Shown in pieces: positions 24,421 to 31,650 of a stretch of 64,000 bases of DNA. Source of the DNA: a virus (lineage: Duplodnaviria > Heunggongvirae > Uroviricota > Caudoviricetes). The stretch's first letter is position 1, and each line of letters starts with the position of its first letter. The stretch lies in the IMG/VR virus record IMGVR_UViG_3300008114_000011; one strand, given 5' to 3'. A model generated the notes under the pieces. That model did no database searches. It had not been told where the DNA came from and saw only the letters and a program-made list of their open reading frames with translations. The position numbers and the translations under genes are program-made.

Positions 24421-24509
24421 GTATCGGGGCTTTGCGTAGTAGTCCTTAGTAGAAACTTAAAATTAACCACGACACTTGATAGGGCTATTACACAAAGCCC
24501 TTGTTATGT
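24417..24509 (+). repeat. attC-like junction element (TAAC ... GTTATGT)
   Basis: TAACgtatcg-GGGCTTTGCGTAGTAGTCC ... GGGCTATTACACAAAGCCC-tt-GTTATGT; 19-nt arms with 3 mismatches. Confidence 0.55.
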
Positions 24510-24527
24510 GCCGTTAAATTTCACAAA

Positions 24528-24731
24528 ATGAGATACGAAGAAAAAATTATCGAACACACAGAAGAAGAAACAGACTTCTTACCACTCAAAGAAGCAATAG
24601 TGAATATCGAATTTTCTCAAGGTGACTTGATTGAAATGAGAGATATTTTAAGACAATTTAAGCCTAATTTATGGGCAAAAGGATTGTTGTCAGATATAGA
24701 AGCCACACTCGAAAAGGTGTCGGTGTATTAA
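24528..24731 (+). CDS. hypothetical small acidic protein (cassette ORF)
   Basis: ATG 24528; flanked on both sides by TAAC/GTTA hairpin elements. Confidence 0.5.
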   Translation: MRYEEKIIEHTEEETDFLPLKEAIVNIEFSQGDLIEMRDILRQFKPNLWAKGLLSDIEATLEKVSVY

Positions 24732-24813
24732 TGGCCCGTTTTGCGGTTTTGTGTTAGGCTACGAAGCCTTGGCATTGAGCGGTCGAGCAGCTTGCACAAA
24801 ACCGCTGTTATAC
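24729..24813 (+). repeat. attC-like junction element (TAAT ... GTTATAC)
   Basis: Stop TAA is part of TAATGG; arms GCGGTTTTGTG / CACAAAACCGC (11 bp perfect); then t-GTTATAC. Confidence 0.55.
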
Positions 24814-24871
24814 GCTGGCACGGGTAATTTAGTAGGAACTTAATTTGAAACACAAATAAAAATCAAAAGCA

Positions 24872-25174
24872 ATGGCAACAGTAATTTATGAAATACCAAA
24901 CTCCGTAAAGGAAATGTTTGAACAAGGCGAAAATAGTTATCGCATTATTGACTATTCAATACAGGAAATGGATAACATCCAAAGTATGCAACATTTCCTT
25001 GACTGTATAGGTGCAACAACGGATAATATCGAAACAGATGATGGAACGCAAGTAGTAGTAATTCATCCCGATTTTGACCACAAACTTGTAATTGATAGTG
25101 GTGGGTTGGGTGATTTTTATTCTCACGGTTATGACGTAACTCTCTATTCGGAAACGGTCAGTAGTGCTTGTTAA
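24872..25174 (+). CDS. hypothetical acidic protein
   Basis: 100 aa ORF. Confidence 0.5.
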   Translation: MATVIYEIPNSVKEMFEQGENSYRIIDYSIQEMDNIQSMQHFLDCIGATTDNIETDDGTQVVVIHPDFDHKLVIDSGGLGDFYSHGYDVTLYSETVSSAC

Positions 25175-25188
25175 ATATAAAAAACATC

Positions 25189-25398
25189 ATGAAAGATTAC
25201 AAGAAAGGTGATGAATTCACATCTAAAAACTCAGGGACTATTTCAACAATAATAGAGATTGCATCGGAAGATGTCCTAAACTGGTACGGATTAGAAGGTC
25301 CAGCGTTCTGGATAAATGAGAATGGAAGCTCTCAATTAAGACTTTGTACCATAGAAGGCCTCAAAGAACTATTCATTATACCCGAAGAGAAAAAATAG
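25189..25398 (+). CDS. hypothetical small protein
   Basis: ATG 25189 (MKDYKKGDEF...) preferred over TTG 25168. Confidence 0.5.
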   Translation: MKDYKKGDEFTSKNSGTISTIIEIASEDVLNWYGLEGPAFWINENGSSQLRLCTIEGLKELFIIPEEKK

Positions 25399-25474
25399 GT
25401 TTCTGACTTCGTGGAAAAATAGTGAACCTTCGTTAACTCAGGTACTAAACTTCGTTTAGAGTTTCTAAAGAAAC

Positions 25475-25500
25475 TACTAAAATCCGTGCGGATTTTAGTA
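25475..25500. repeat. 26-bp palindromic element, copy 5 (fully symmetric)
   Basis: TACTAAAATCCG-TG-CGGATTTTAGTA, 12-bp perfect arms. Confidence 0.9.
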
Positions 25501-25584
25501 TCATTAGCTTGTGATATACAGATAAAATCATTATCTTTATACTCACAGAGTGAGAGTATAAAATACTAAAACAAAATAAGAGAT

Positions 25585-26004
25585 ATGAACCTTGACACTA
25601 TAATAAAATCACAAATAATCGGATTAGAAATCGGAATAATAAACGTTATCAAAACAACCGAGTTTAACGTACACGCAATCGCAAACGAATTATCCGATAT
25701 ATTAGGTAAAGAAAATATCCAAATATTCAAAGTTGGTACCCACACAGGTATATCAATACCAGAAATCGTTAAACAATTCGATAACTTCGACTACTCTAAA
25801 CCAATCATAATCGTTACAAACAAAGACGCAATCTATAAACATATCATACCAAGAAACGGTAAAGTAATTCAATCTAAATGCCCAAAAACAGGCTTCCTAA
25901 TCCTAAACGATGTTAAATGGAAATTCACACGTTTCCAATCTACTTTCGAAGGAACAATAACTCAACTAAGAAGAGATTACCAATTAGAAACACTAATAAA
26001 TTAA
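25585..26004 (+). CDS. hypothetical protein with degenerate tail
   Basis: 139 aa; C-term QLRRDYQLETLIN. Confidence 0.55.
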   Translation: MNLDTIIKSQIIGLEIGIINVIKTTEFNVHAIANELSDILGKENIQIFKVGTHTGISIPEIVKQFDNFDYSKPIIIVTNKDAIYKHIIPRNGKVIQSKCPKTGFLILNDVKWKFTRFQSTFEGTITQLRRDYQLETLIN

Positions 26005-26014
26005 AAAATAGGTT

Positions 26015-26084
26015 AGGTGGGTAGCTCAACTGGAAAGAGCCTCTCATTAAGAGAGAGATTAAGGTTCGAATCCTGTCCCTTCTG
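26015..26084 (+). tRNA. tRNA-like element (type I size, loop ATTAAGA, possible UAA anticodon) with weak T stem
   Basis: D arm GCTC-AACTGGAAA-GAGC. Anticodon arm CTCTC-ATTAAGA-GAGAG. GGTTCGAATCC T-loop with only 3 T-stem pairs. Acceptor AGGTGGG/CCCTTCT has 1 mismatch. The helix extends 7 more bp (26008..26014 with 26084..26090). Confidence 0.45.
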
Positions 26085-26108
26085 ACCTATACTAAACTTC
26101 AGAGAAGA

Positions 26109-26134
26109 TACTAAAATCCGCACGTTTTTTAGTA
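26109..26134. repeat. 26-bp palindromic element, copy 6 (arms extended to 14 bp)
   Basis: agaagaTACTAAAATCCGCACGTTTTTTAGTAtcttct. Confidence 0.9.
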
Positions 26135-26348
26135 TCTTCTTTAGTTCTGATTGATCCGAGCCGCCCGAAATCACCGATTAAAATTGTTAAAAACCAGGTA
26201 AAAACCCAGTGGATTTTTTACTGAAAAATGACCCTCTGGAAACGTAAGCAGGTCAAGGCTTTCCGAGAGGTGTGTATATACAAATTGGTGCTGAAAATAA
26301 GGCTACTGGTAGAGAAAATGAAATGGCGATAGAGTTTACACAAAAATA

Positions 26349-26374
26349 TACTAAAAAACGACCGGATTTTAGTA
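26349..26374. repeat. 26-bp palindromic element, copy 7 (variant, inverted core)
   Basis: TACTAAAAAACGACCGGATTTTAGTA. Confidence 0.8.
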
Positions 26375-26389
26375 TGTTGAAAAATAAGG

Positions 26390-26415
26390 TACTAAAAAGT
26401 GTGCGGAATTTAGTA
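26390..26415. repeat. 26-bp palindromic element, copy 8 (degenerate)
   Basis: TACTAAAAAGTGTGCGGAATTTAGTA. Confidence 0.7.
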
Positions 26416-26571
26416 TTAACTAAAAGTGAAGTATGACTTTGAAATCGTTCCATTCAAATTAAATCAAAACTAATTCAAATTCTATAAACGTAAAATTGTT
26501 CACATTACACTATAATTTATTTTTATTATTCGTATAGAGTTCTTATATTTATTAAATCAAAACGAAAATAT

Positions 26572-26913
26572 ATGAATGTATTTGATCTAAAAAACAAAAA
26601 GGGATATTTCTTTGACGGATTTACACTTCTTTCTGGTTATATCGGTGGTGGTGAATCAGTATATAGTAGATACTTATCAGGTAAAGTTATTTATGACAAA
26701 CCAGTTTGGTTTTCCAGAACTTGGAGACACGGTTATAAATACGATAATTGGGATTTTAGTAATTTTGAATTCATACCATACGATACATTCAAAAACTTAG
26801 AAACTTATCTTAAATTCATTGAGAAAGCAACCTACAATGAAATTAAAATGTACTTCAAATTGAAAGAGGTAATGAAGTCAGAAGACTTTATAGAATGTGG
26901 GATTAAATTATAA
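26572..26913 (+). CDS. hypothetical protein
   Basis: 113 aa ORF; aromatic-rich. Confidence 0.5.
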   Translation: MNVFDLKNKKGYFFDGFTLLSGYIGGGESVYSRYLSGKVIYDKPVWFSRTWRHGYKYDNWDFSNFEFIPYDTFKNLETYLKFIEKATYNEIKMYFKLKEVMKSEDFIECGIKL

Positions 26914-27144
26914 AATAATATGAAACAGATTAATTTATTACTGGATAAGATTTCTAACATTCTTCTGAGTTAGAGGTTATAGTTTATACCAAGGGTATAG
27001 ATTTATTAAATGAGATGTATTAAAATTTTTTTACCTAACGGTAAGAAGTAGTTATTTTTTATTTATATTTGTAGAAATATCTCACTATGAAAGGACACAA
27101 TAGTTATGTGGGAATTAGGTTTATTTAATGGTAATTTATAAGTT

Positions 27145-27609
27145 ATGGAAGGTAGATTATTTAAGGTTGATGATGTTTGGAGGTTAGTCAATTCAAAGAA
27201 TTCAATAATAGCAACGAGTGATTTAGAGTATCAGAGAGCTTTTAGGTGTTATAAACTATCTAATGATAATTGTGAGTTTATATATGATTATGAAAAAATA
27301 TACAATGATTTTAAATTAAATAATCAGTATTGGTTTGCTAAACTTAAAGATGGTAGTATTTTATCTTGTGGATATGGATTAGTTGAAAACGAATTTAATG
27401 GTGATACTTGGTTTGAAATTGGTAAAATAATACCAGATGAGTTGAAAAGTATAGATGGGTATTATACTTTTGATGAGACTCATGATTTAATTAATAATAA
27501 TGGTATAAAAATTGGTAAATTAAGTGATATTGGATATAATAGTCATCCAGATGAAAATAGTTTTGTTCTGATACCTAAATCTGATATTATTGAAACTTAT
27601 TTCAAATAG
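27145..27609 (+). CDS. hypothetical protein (cassette ORF)
   Basis: 154 aa ORF followed by a TAAC...GTTATGT hairpin. Confidence 0.5.
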   Translation: MEGRLFKVDDVWRLVNSKNSIIATSDLEYQRAFRCYKLSNDNCEFIYDYEKIYNDFKLNNQYWFAKLKDGSILSCGYGLVENEFNGDTWFEIGKIIPDELKSIDGYYTFDETHDLINNNGIKIGKLSDIGYNSHPDENSFVLIPKSDIIETYFK

Positions 27610-27636
27610 CGAAGCTTTCATCAATTTTATTACTTA

Positions 27637-27687
27637 TAACGTCTGATGATAAATTATCGTTTTAATGTTGTTTATCATTTGTTATGT
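27637..27687 (+). repeat. attC-like junction element, CGTTTTAATG loop
   Basis: TAACgtctga-TGATAAA-ttatCGTTTTAATGttg-TTTATCA-ttt-GTTATGT. Confidence 0.55.
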
Positions 27688-27719
27688 GTAGGTTTTTAGT
27701 TAATTAAAAAAATATAAAT

Positions 27720-27860
27720 ATGAAAAAGATAATAGAAGAAATAGATTTTTTGTGGAAAGGTGATAGAAGTATGTTAATTACTATGTGGTTATGTATATTG
27801 TTAGCACTTGTAGTTTTAACTGAACTTGGTTTTAACATATACTTCACTTTTTTTAATTAA
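27720..27860 (+). CDS. possible 46-aa membrane peptide (cassette ORF, below cutoff)
   Basis: MKKIIEEIDFLWKGDRSMLITMWLCILLALVVLTELGFNIYFTFFN. Confidence 0.35.
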   Translation: MKKIIEEIDFLWKGDRSMLITMWLCILLALVVLTELGFNIYFTFFN

Positions 27861-27879
27861 TGTTAAGAAAACTTACACA

Positions 27880-27999
27880 TAACGGTTGAGAATATAAGCA
27901 GTTATTAACGAAAACTTAAATTGAAACACAGAACTTAATTATTAACAGACAACTTTTATTTGAAAGTAATGAAATAATTGCTTATATTTTTTGTTAGTT
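27880..27999 (+). repeat. attC-like junction element (long form)
   Basis: TAACGGTT-GAGAATATAAGCAGTTATT ... AATAATTGCTTATATTTTT-t-GTTAGTT; 19-nt arms with 3 mismatches. Confidence 0.55.
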
Positions 28000-28019
28000 T
28001 TAGTATTTAATTTTAATTC

Positions 28020-28274
28020 ATGATTATGAAAAAAACAGATTTGATTTCTTATTTAAAAATATTAGGTGGTTTATCACTTACATTTCCATTATCTCATGCG
28101 TTTTTTGCACTTGACTTTGGGTTAGTAAAAGGTGGATTTATAGCACTTGGTTTATATTTTTTGATGATGTTAATTGCAATACCAATGTTTAACTACCTTG
28201 AATATGGTAAATTTTGGTATTGGGTAAGTGATAAACATAGAGATAGTTTTGATAAAATTAAATATTGGAACTAA
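28020..28274 (+). CDS. small membrane protein (cassette ORF)
   Basis: Two hydrophobic spans LGGLSLTFPLSHAFFALDF and FIALGLYFLMMLIAIPMF; stop TAA is the TAAC of the next element. Confidence 0.55.
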   Translation: MIMKKTDLISYLKILGGLSLTFPLSHAFFALDFGLVKGGFIALGLYFLMMLIAIPMFNYLEYGKFWYWVSDKHRDSFDKIKYWN

Positions 28275-28362
28275 CGGTTGGTTGTATATGTAGGTTTTTT
28301 AATTCTAACCTTTAATATATACTATGACTTAATAAAAAACTTGCATATACACCTTGTTATAT
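28272..28362 (+). repeat. attC-like junction element with one unpaired T
   Basis: TAACGGTT-GGT[T]GTATATG ... CATATACACC-tt-GTTATAT. Confidence 0.55.
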
Positions 28363-28371
28363 ACCGTAAAA

Positions 28372-28803
28372 ATGTGGGATGGTAAAAAATTAAAATTAGA
28401 TATGAAACATAAAATAAAAACAACTCTACGAGAGTTTATTAGGGAAGAACTTGAAAAATTAGATTATTTTTCAACTAATATAGATGGACATCGTTTTGAA
28501 TTGTTGAAAGATGGTGAAGTGGTAGGTTGGACAATGTTTAGTAATGTCATTAAAAATAATAAATTCAATAATCAACCACATATAAGTTTGTGGGATTTAA
28601 TGATAAAAGAACAATATAGAAAGAAAGGATATTCTAAAATATTAATGGAAAAAGTTTTAGAATATTTAAGATACAGTGTAGATATTGTGGATTTACAGGT
28701 TATGGAACATAATAAACCTGCAGTAAATTTATATAAGAGTTTTGGATTTGAAATTTATCATAATACTGGACAAGGTGTTCTTTATATGTCAAAAAAATTT
28801 TAA
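28372..28803 (+). CDS. GNAT-family N-acetyltransferase (cassette ORF)
   Basis: Motif A-like QYRKKGYSKILMEKVLEYL; C-terminal NKPAVNLYKSFGFE; ATG 28372 preferred over TTG 28354. Confidence 0.7.
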   Translation: MWDGKKLKLDMKHKIKTTLREFIREELEKLDYFSTNIDGHRFELLKDGEVVGWTMFSNVIKNNKFNNQPHISLWDLMIKEQYRKKGYSKILMEKVLEYLRYSVDIVDLQVMEHNKPAVNLYKSFGFEIYHNTGQGVLYMSKKF

Positions 28804-28838
28804 TTTTTTTAAGAAGGGTGTAAAATTTTTATTGTATA

Positions 28839-28888
28839 TAACGGTTGAGAATATGTTTCGTTTCAATGATAAATATTCTTTGTTAGAT
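28839..28888 (+). repeat. attC-like junction element, CGTTTCAATG loop
   Basis: TAACGGTT-GAGAATAT-gttt-CGTTTCAATG-ataa-ATATTCT-tt-GTTAGAT. Confidence 0.55.
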
Positions 28889-28909
28889 TGCGTTTCAATG
28901 TGATCTAAC
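28882..28909 (+). repeat. hairpin with CGTTTCAATG loop, overlapping previous element
   Basis: GTTAGAT-tg-CGTTTCAATG-tg-ATCTAAC. Confidence 0.6.
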
Positions 28910-28968
28910 GATACTCAGATATATTTAGGTTTTCTTTTTAATATATACTTAAAAATAATAAACGAGTT

Positions 28969-29217
28969 ATGAATAAATTAACACACCTTAAAAGATTTAA
29001 CGAGTCAGAAGAAAACTTGAATATATCTGATGTTAGTGAGAGTAGATGGAATATGATTCCAGATAGATGTGAATATAATGGTAAAATATACAGAATTCTC
29101 AATATAGAACTACAAGGTGGATATTTTACACTACAAGATTTAGAAGCAGAAAGAGGTGACATTCAAGTTTTAGATGATATAGATATGGATAAATGTATTC
29201 CAGTCTATTCTCACTAA
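28969..29217 (+). CDS. MKYLK-head-like small protein (cassette ORF)
   Basis: MNKLTHLKRFNESEENLNISDVSES; leader and N-term paralogous to 29276; stop inside TAACGG. Confidence 0.5.
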   Translation: MNKLTHLKRFNESEENLNISDVSESRWNMIPDRCEYNGKIYRILNIELQGGYFTLQDLEAERGDIQVLDDIDMDKCIPVYSH

Positions 29218-29275
29218 CGGTCACAGATATATTTAGGTTTTCTTTTTAATATATAAACTAAAATAATTTACAAAG

Positions 29276-29644
29276 ATGAAAGGTAAAAATAACATACAAA
29301 GTTTCGAAGAGTTTAAAGAAAACTTGAATATATCTGATGTTAGTGAGAGTAAAACTATTGGAGATATAATAGATGATAACACTAAAGATTCTAATGGATT
29401 TTTTTGGGGTGTATTTTCTGATACTATGAATTTTTTCATTGTTGATAAGGGGTTTAATGTTATATTTGAAACACCTGCGTTTTTTAATGGAAAATGGACA
29501 AATGATGTAAAAGAAGCAATGAAAAAATATGGAATAGACGACAACAAATCAAGAATGAGAACTGATAATAACATAGAAAAATTAAAAAAATCCATTAAAC
29601 TAGAATATGATTTATGGAAAATGTATAGTGATAGAACTAAATAG
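29276..29644 (+). CDS. small protein paralogous at N-terminus to 28969 (cassette ORF)
   Basis: Shared FEEFKENLNISDVSES; shared upstream string cagatatatttaggttttctttttaatatata. Confidence 0.5.
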   Translation: MKGKNNIQSFEEFKENLNISDVSESKTIGDIIDDNTKDSNGFFWGVFSDTMNFFIVDKGFNVIFETPAFFNGKWTNDVKEAMKKYGIDDNKSRMRTDNNIEKLKKSIKLEYDLWKMYSDRTK

Positions 29645-29693
29645 TTTTATTCTCACTAATGGTTTGTGTATATGTATAGTTAAATTTTTTAAT

Positions 29694-29873
29694 ATGAAAG
29701 TTAAATGTATAAAAAACAGTATTGATTCAATGACAATACAAATGCCTTGGATAAAGGTAGGAGAAATTTATGAAGTAGTTGGTGAGCATTGGTCAAGGGA
29801 AGATTATTTTGCAGTAAAAGGTGAAGGCGGTTGTATTGCGTTTTATAGGAAGAGTTGGTTTGAAAAAATTTAA
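29694..29873 (+). CDS. MKVICI-type small protein lacking the ELGI tail
   Basis: ATG 29694: MKVKCIKNSIDSM...GEIYEVVGEHW. Confidence 0.45.
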   Translation: MKVKCIKNSIDSMTIQMPWIKVGEIYEVVGEHWSREDYFAVKGEGGCIAFYRKSWFEKI

Positions 29874-29887
29874 TTATTCATATACGC

Positions 29888-29916
29888 TGTTAGCAAATCG
29901 TTTTAATGTTTGCTAA
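29888..29916 (+). repeat. hairpin with CGTTTTAATG loop immediately upstream of the recombinase gene
   Basis: GTTAGCAAA-t-CGTTTTAATG-t-TTGCTAAC, 9-bp perfect stem. Confidence 0.6.
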
Positions 29917-29969
29917 CTAGATTATATCTCTAAATCAACATTAATAATTAATTTACAAATACTTAACAT

Positions 29970-30770
29970 ATGAAAAAGACAAATTATTACGAAATTTGTA
30001 ATCAAAAATTGAAGTATTTAAACTATTCAGATAGGACTATCAAGTCCTATCTTTATTATATTAATCAATTTTTAGAAAATACTAAAATACCACCAACCAG
30101 ATTAACAGCAACAGATTTCCAACAATATCTCAATAATTACAATTTTACCTCCACCTCACAACAAAATCAAGTCATAAACTCAATAAGATTCCTATACAAA
30201 GAATCACTTAATAAAAAATATGATAAGGTTGATTTTAAAAGACCTAGATCTGAAAAGAAACTACCAAAAGTAATTGATGGCGATTATATCAAATCTAAAC
30301 TTTCTAAAATAGAAAACCTTAAGCATAAAACTATACTTACTTTAACCTATTCAGTTGGTTTAAGAGTTTCCGAAATAATAAATCTTAAAATAGAAGATAT
30401 TGACTCCAAAAGAATGATTATTCATATTAAAAATGCTAAAGGTAAAAAAGATAGAATTGTACCACTTTCAGAAAACGTACAAAATCTAATAAAAATATAT
30501 TCAGAAAAATATACACCAAAAGAATATCTTTTTAATGGTCAATCCACAAACAAATATTCAATACAATCCTGTCAAAATATCTATAAAAAATATATTGATG
30601 AAAATTCATCTATACATACCCTCAGACACTCAGCCTTTACCAACCTCTTAGAAAATGGAACAGATCTAAGAATAATACAGAAAATAGCAGGTCACTCATC
30701 CACCAAAACAACAGAGATATATACACACGTTTCTAATCAACTTTTAAATAAAGTTAATCTACCAATTTAA
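29970..30770 (+). CDS. tyrosine recombinase, IntI/XerC/XerD-like (short, 266 aa)
   Basis: N-terminal SAM-like pattern LKYLNYSDRTIKSYLYYINQF; GLRVSEIINLK; AKGKKDRIVPLS; HTLRHSAFTNLLENGTDLRIIQKIAGHSSTKTTEIYTHV (R..HxxR..Y catalytic pattern). Confidence 0.85.
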   Translation: MKKTNYYEICNQKLKYLNYSDRTIKSYLYYINQFLENTKIPPTRLTATDFQQYLNNYNFTSTSQQNQVINSIRFLYKESLNKKYDKVDFKRPRSEKKLPKVIDGDYIKSKLSKIENLKHKTILTLTYSVGLRVSEIINLKIEDIDSKRMIIHIKNAKGKKDRIVPLSENVQNLIKIYSEKYTPKEYLFNGQSTNKYSIQSCQNIYKKYIDENSSIHTLRHSAFTNLLENGTDLRIIQKIAGHSSTKTTEIYTHVSNQLLNKVNLPI

Positions 30771-30799
30771 CTTTTCTTTGAAAAGAATTATTAAATGAT

Positions 30800-30807
30800 T
30801 ATATTTG
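30800..30807 (+). promoter_or_regulatory. -7 box TATATTTG
   Basis: TAnnTTTG 21 nt upstream of ATG 30828. Confidence 0.4.
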
Positions 30808-30827
30808 TATATAATCACACACATAAT

Positions 30828-31256
30828 ATGATAAAGTTTGTTAAGAAGTCGAGTTCGGGGTCTACAAAAGAGGTGGATTTAATATTATCTGATGTTAGTA
30901 ATTGTAAATCATTAGCATCTTCTATCTTATTAAGAAAATATTTAATGGAGATGGATGTGGATTATATAGAGAAGATGGATTTGATTAATAAACGTATTGA
31001 GTTTAGTAGAAGTTATTTAGAGAGTGTTTTATCTCGTGATGGTGATATTAAGTGTACTTATTGTGGTAAGGGAGATTTGGTTATTGAGTATGATGGGATG
31101 CGTGTCAAAGAAAGTATAAAGGCTACGATTGATCATATCGTTCCTGTATCAAGAGGAGGAGGTAGGTTTGATGTTAGTAATATAACTCCATGTTGTGGTG
31201 AGTGTAATGGTAAGAAGGGTAATAAGTCATTAGATGATTTTCTAAAGTCGATTTAA
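30828..31256 (+). CDS. HNH endonuclease
   Basis: CTYCGKG...ATIDHIVPVSRGGGRFDVSNITPCCGECNGKKGNK. Confidence 0.8.
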   Translation: MIKFVKKSSSGSTKEVDLILSDVSNCKSLASSILLRKYLMEMDVDYIEKMDLINKRIEFSRSYLESVLSRDGDIKCTYCGKGDLVIEYDGMRVKESIKATIDHIVPVSRGGGRFDVSNITPCCGECNGKKGNKSLDDFLKSI

Positions 31257-31257
31257 T

Positions 31258-31650
31258 ATGAATAAGATCACATTTTGTTTATCGGATAAGGCTGAATCAT
31301 TTTCATTTGATTTTGATTACTTTACTTTATTGGATGATGGTTCCATAACTTATAGTGGTGTAAATAGACATACTGGTTTTAGCACTAACGAGTTTTATGA
31401 TATTGAGAATATTTTTAAACAAAATGAGAGGTTTGATTTAATTGTATTGAGATGTTTTAGAATTAGAATAAATACTGTAAATAGGGTTATACATGGAGAG
31501 ATTACAAGTTTTGAGAGTTCTGGTCTTAGTAAGGTAAATTTAACTATTAAACCTAAGTTTATTTGGGATCTCGATCTTGGTGATGAGTTTTACAAACATT
31601 TACCAGCAATCAGAAGAGAAATAAAATTAAATAATATTATAGGAATATGA
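31258..31650 (+). CDS. protein with ELGI-type tail variant
   Basis: 130 aa; C-term AIRREIKLNNIIGI. Confidence 0.55.
   Translation: MNKITFCLSDKAESFSFDFDYFTLLDDGSITYSGVNRHTGFSTNEFYDIENIFKQNERFDLIVLRCFRIRINTVNRVIHGEITSFESSGLSKVNLTIKPKFIWDLDLGDEFYKHLPAIRREIKLNNIIGI

Noticed and set aside
26135-26348. SRP RNA, tmRNA, 6S RNA or RNase P RNA in the non-coding island
   Set aside because: I found only a loose resemblance (AGCAGGTCAAGGC) to the SRP domain IV region. None of the conserved cores I can recall for these RNAs is present. It is kept only as an unclassified candidate ncRNA or MITE.
26253-26453. 66-aa - strand ORF
   Set aside because: It crosses two copies of the 26-bp palindrome in a GC-richer non-coding island. 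There is no plausible promoter or start context.
26612-26800. 62-aa alternative-frame + strand ORF
   Set aside because: It is entirely nested in another frame of the longer ORF 26572..26913 and has no independent support.
29970-30770. Calling the locus a bona fide (class-defined) integron, or the recombinase a lysogeny integrase with attP at the tRNA-like element 26015
   Set aside because: The recombinase is only 266 aa. It appears to lack both the IntI-specific insertion and the long N-terminal arm-binding domain of lysogeny integrases. It is co-oriented with the cassettes, and no attI or att core repeat was identified. It is therefore reported as integron-like only.
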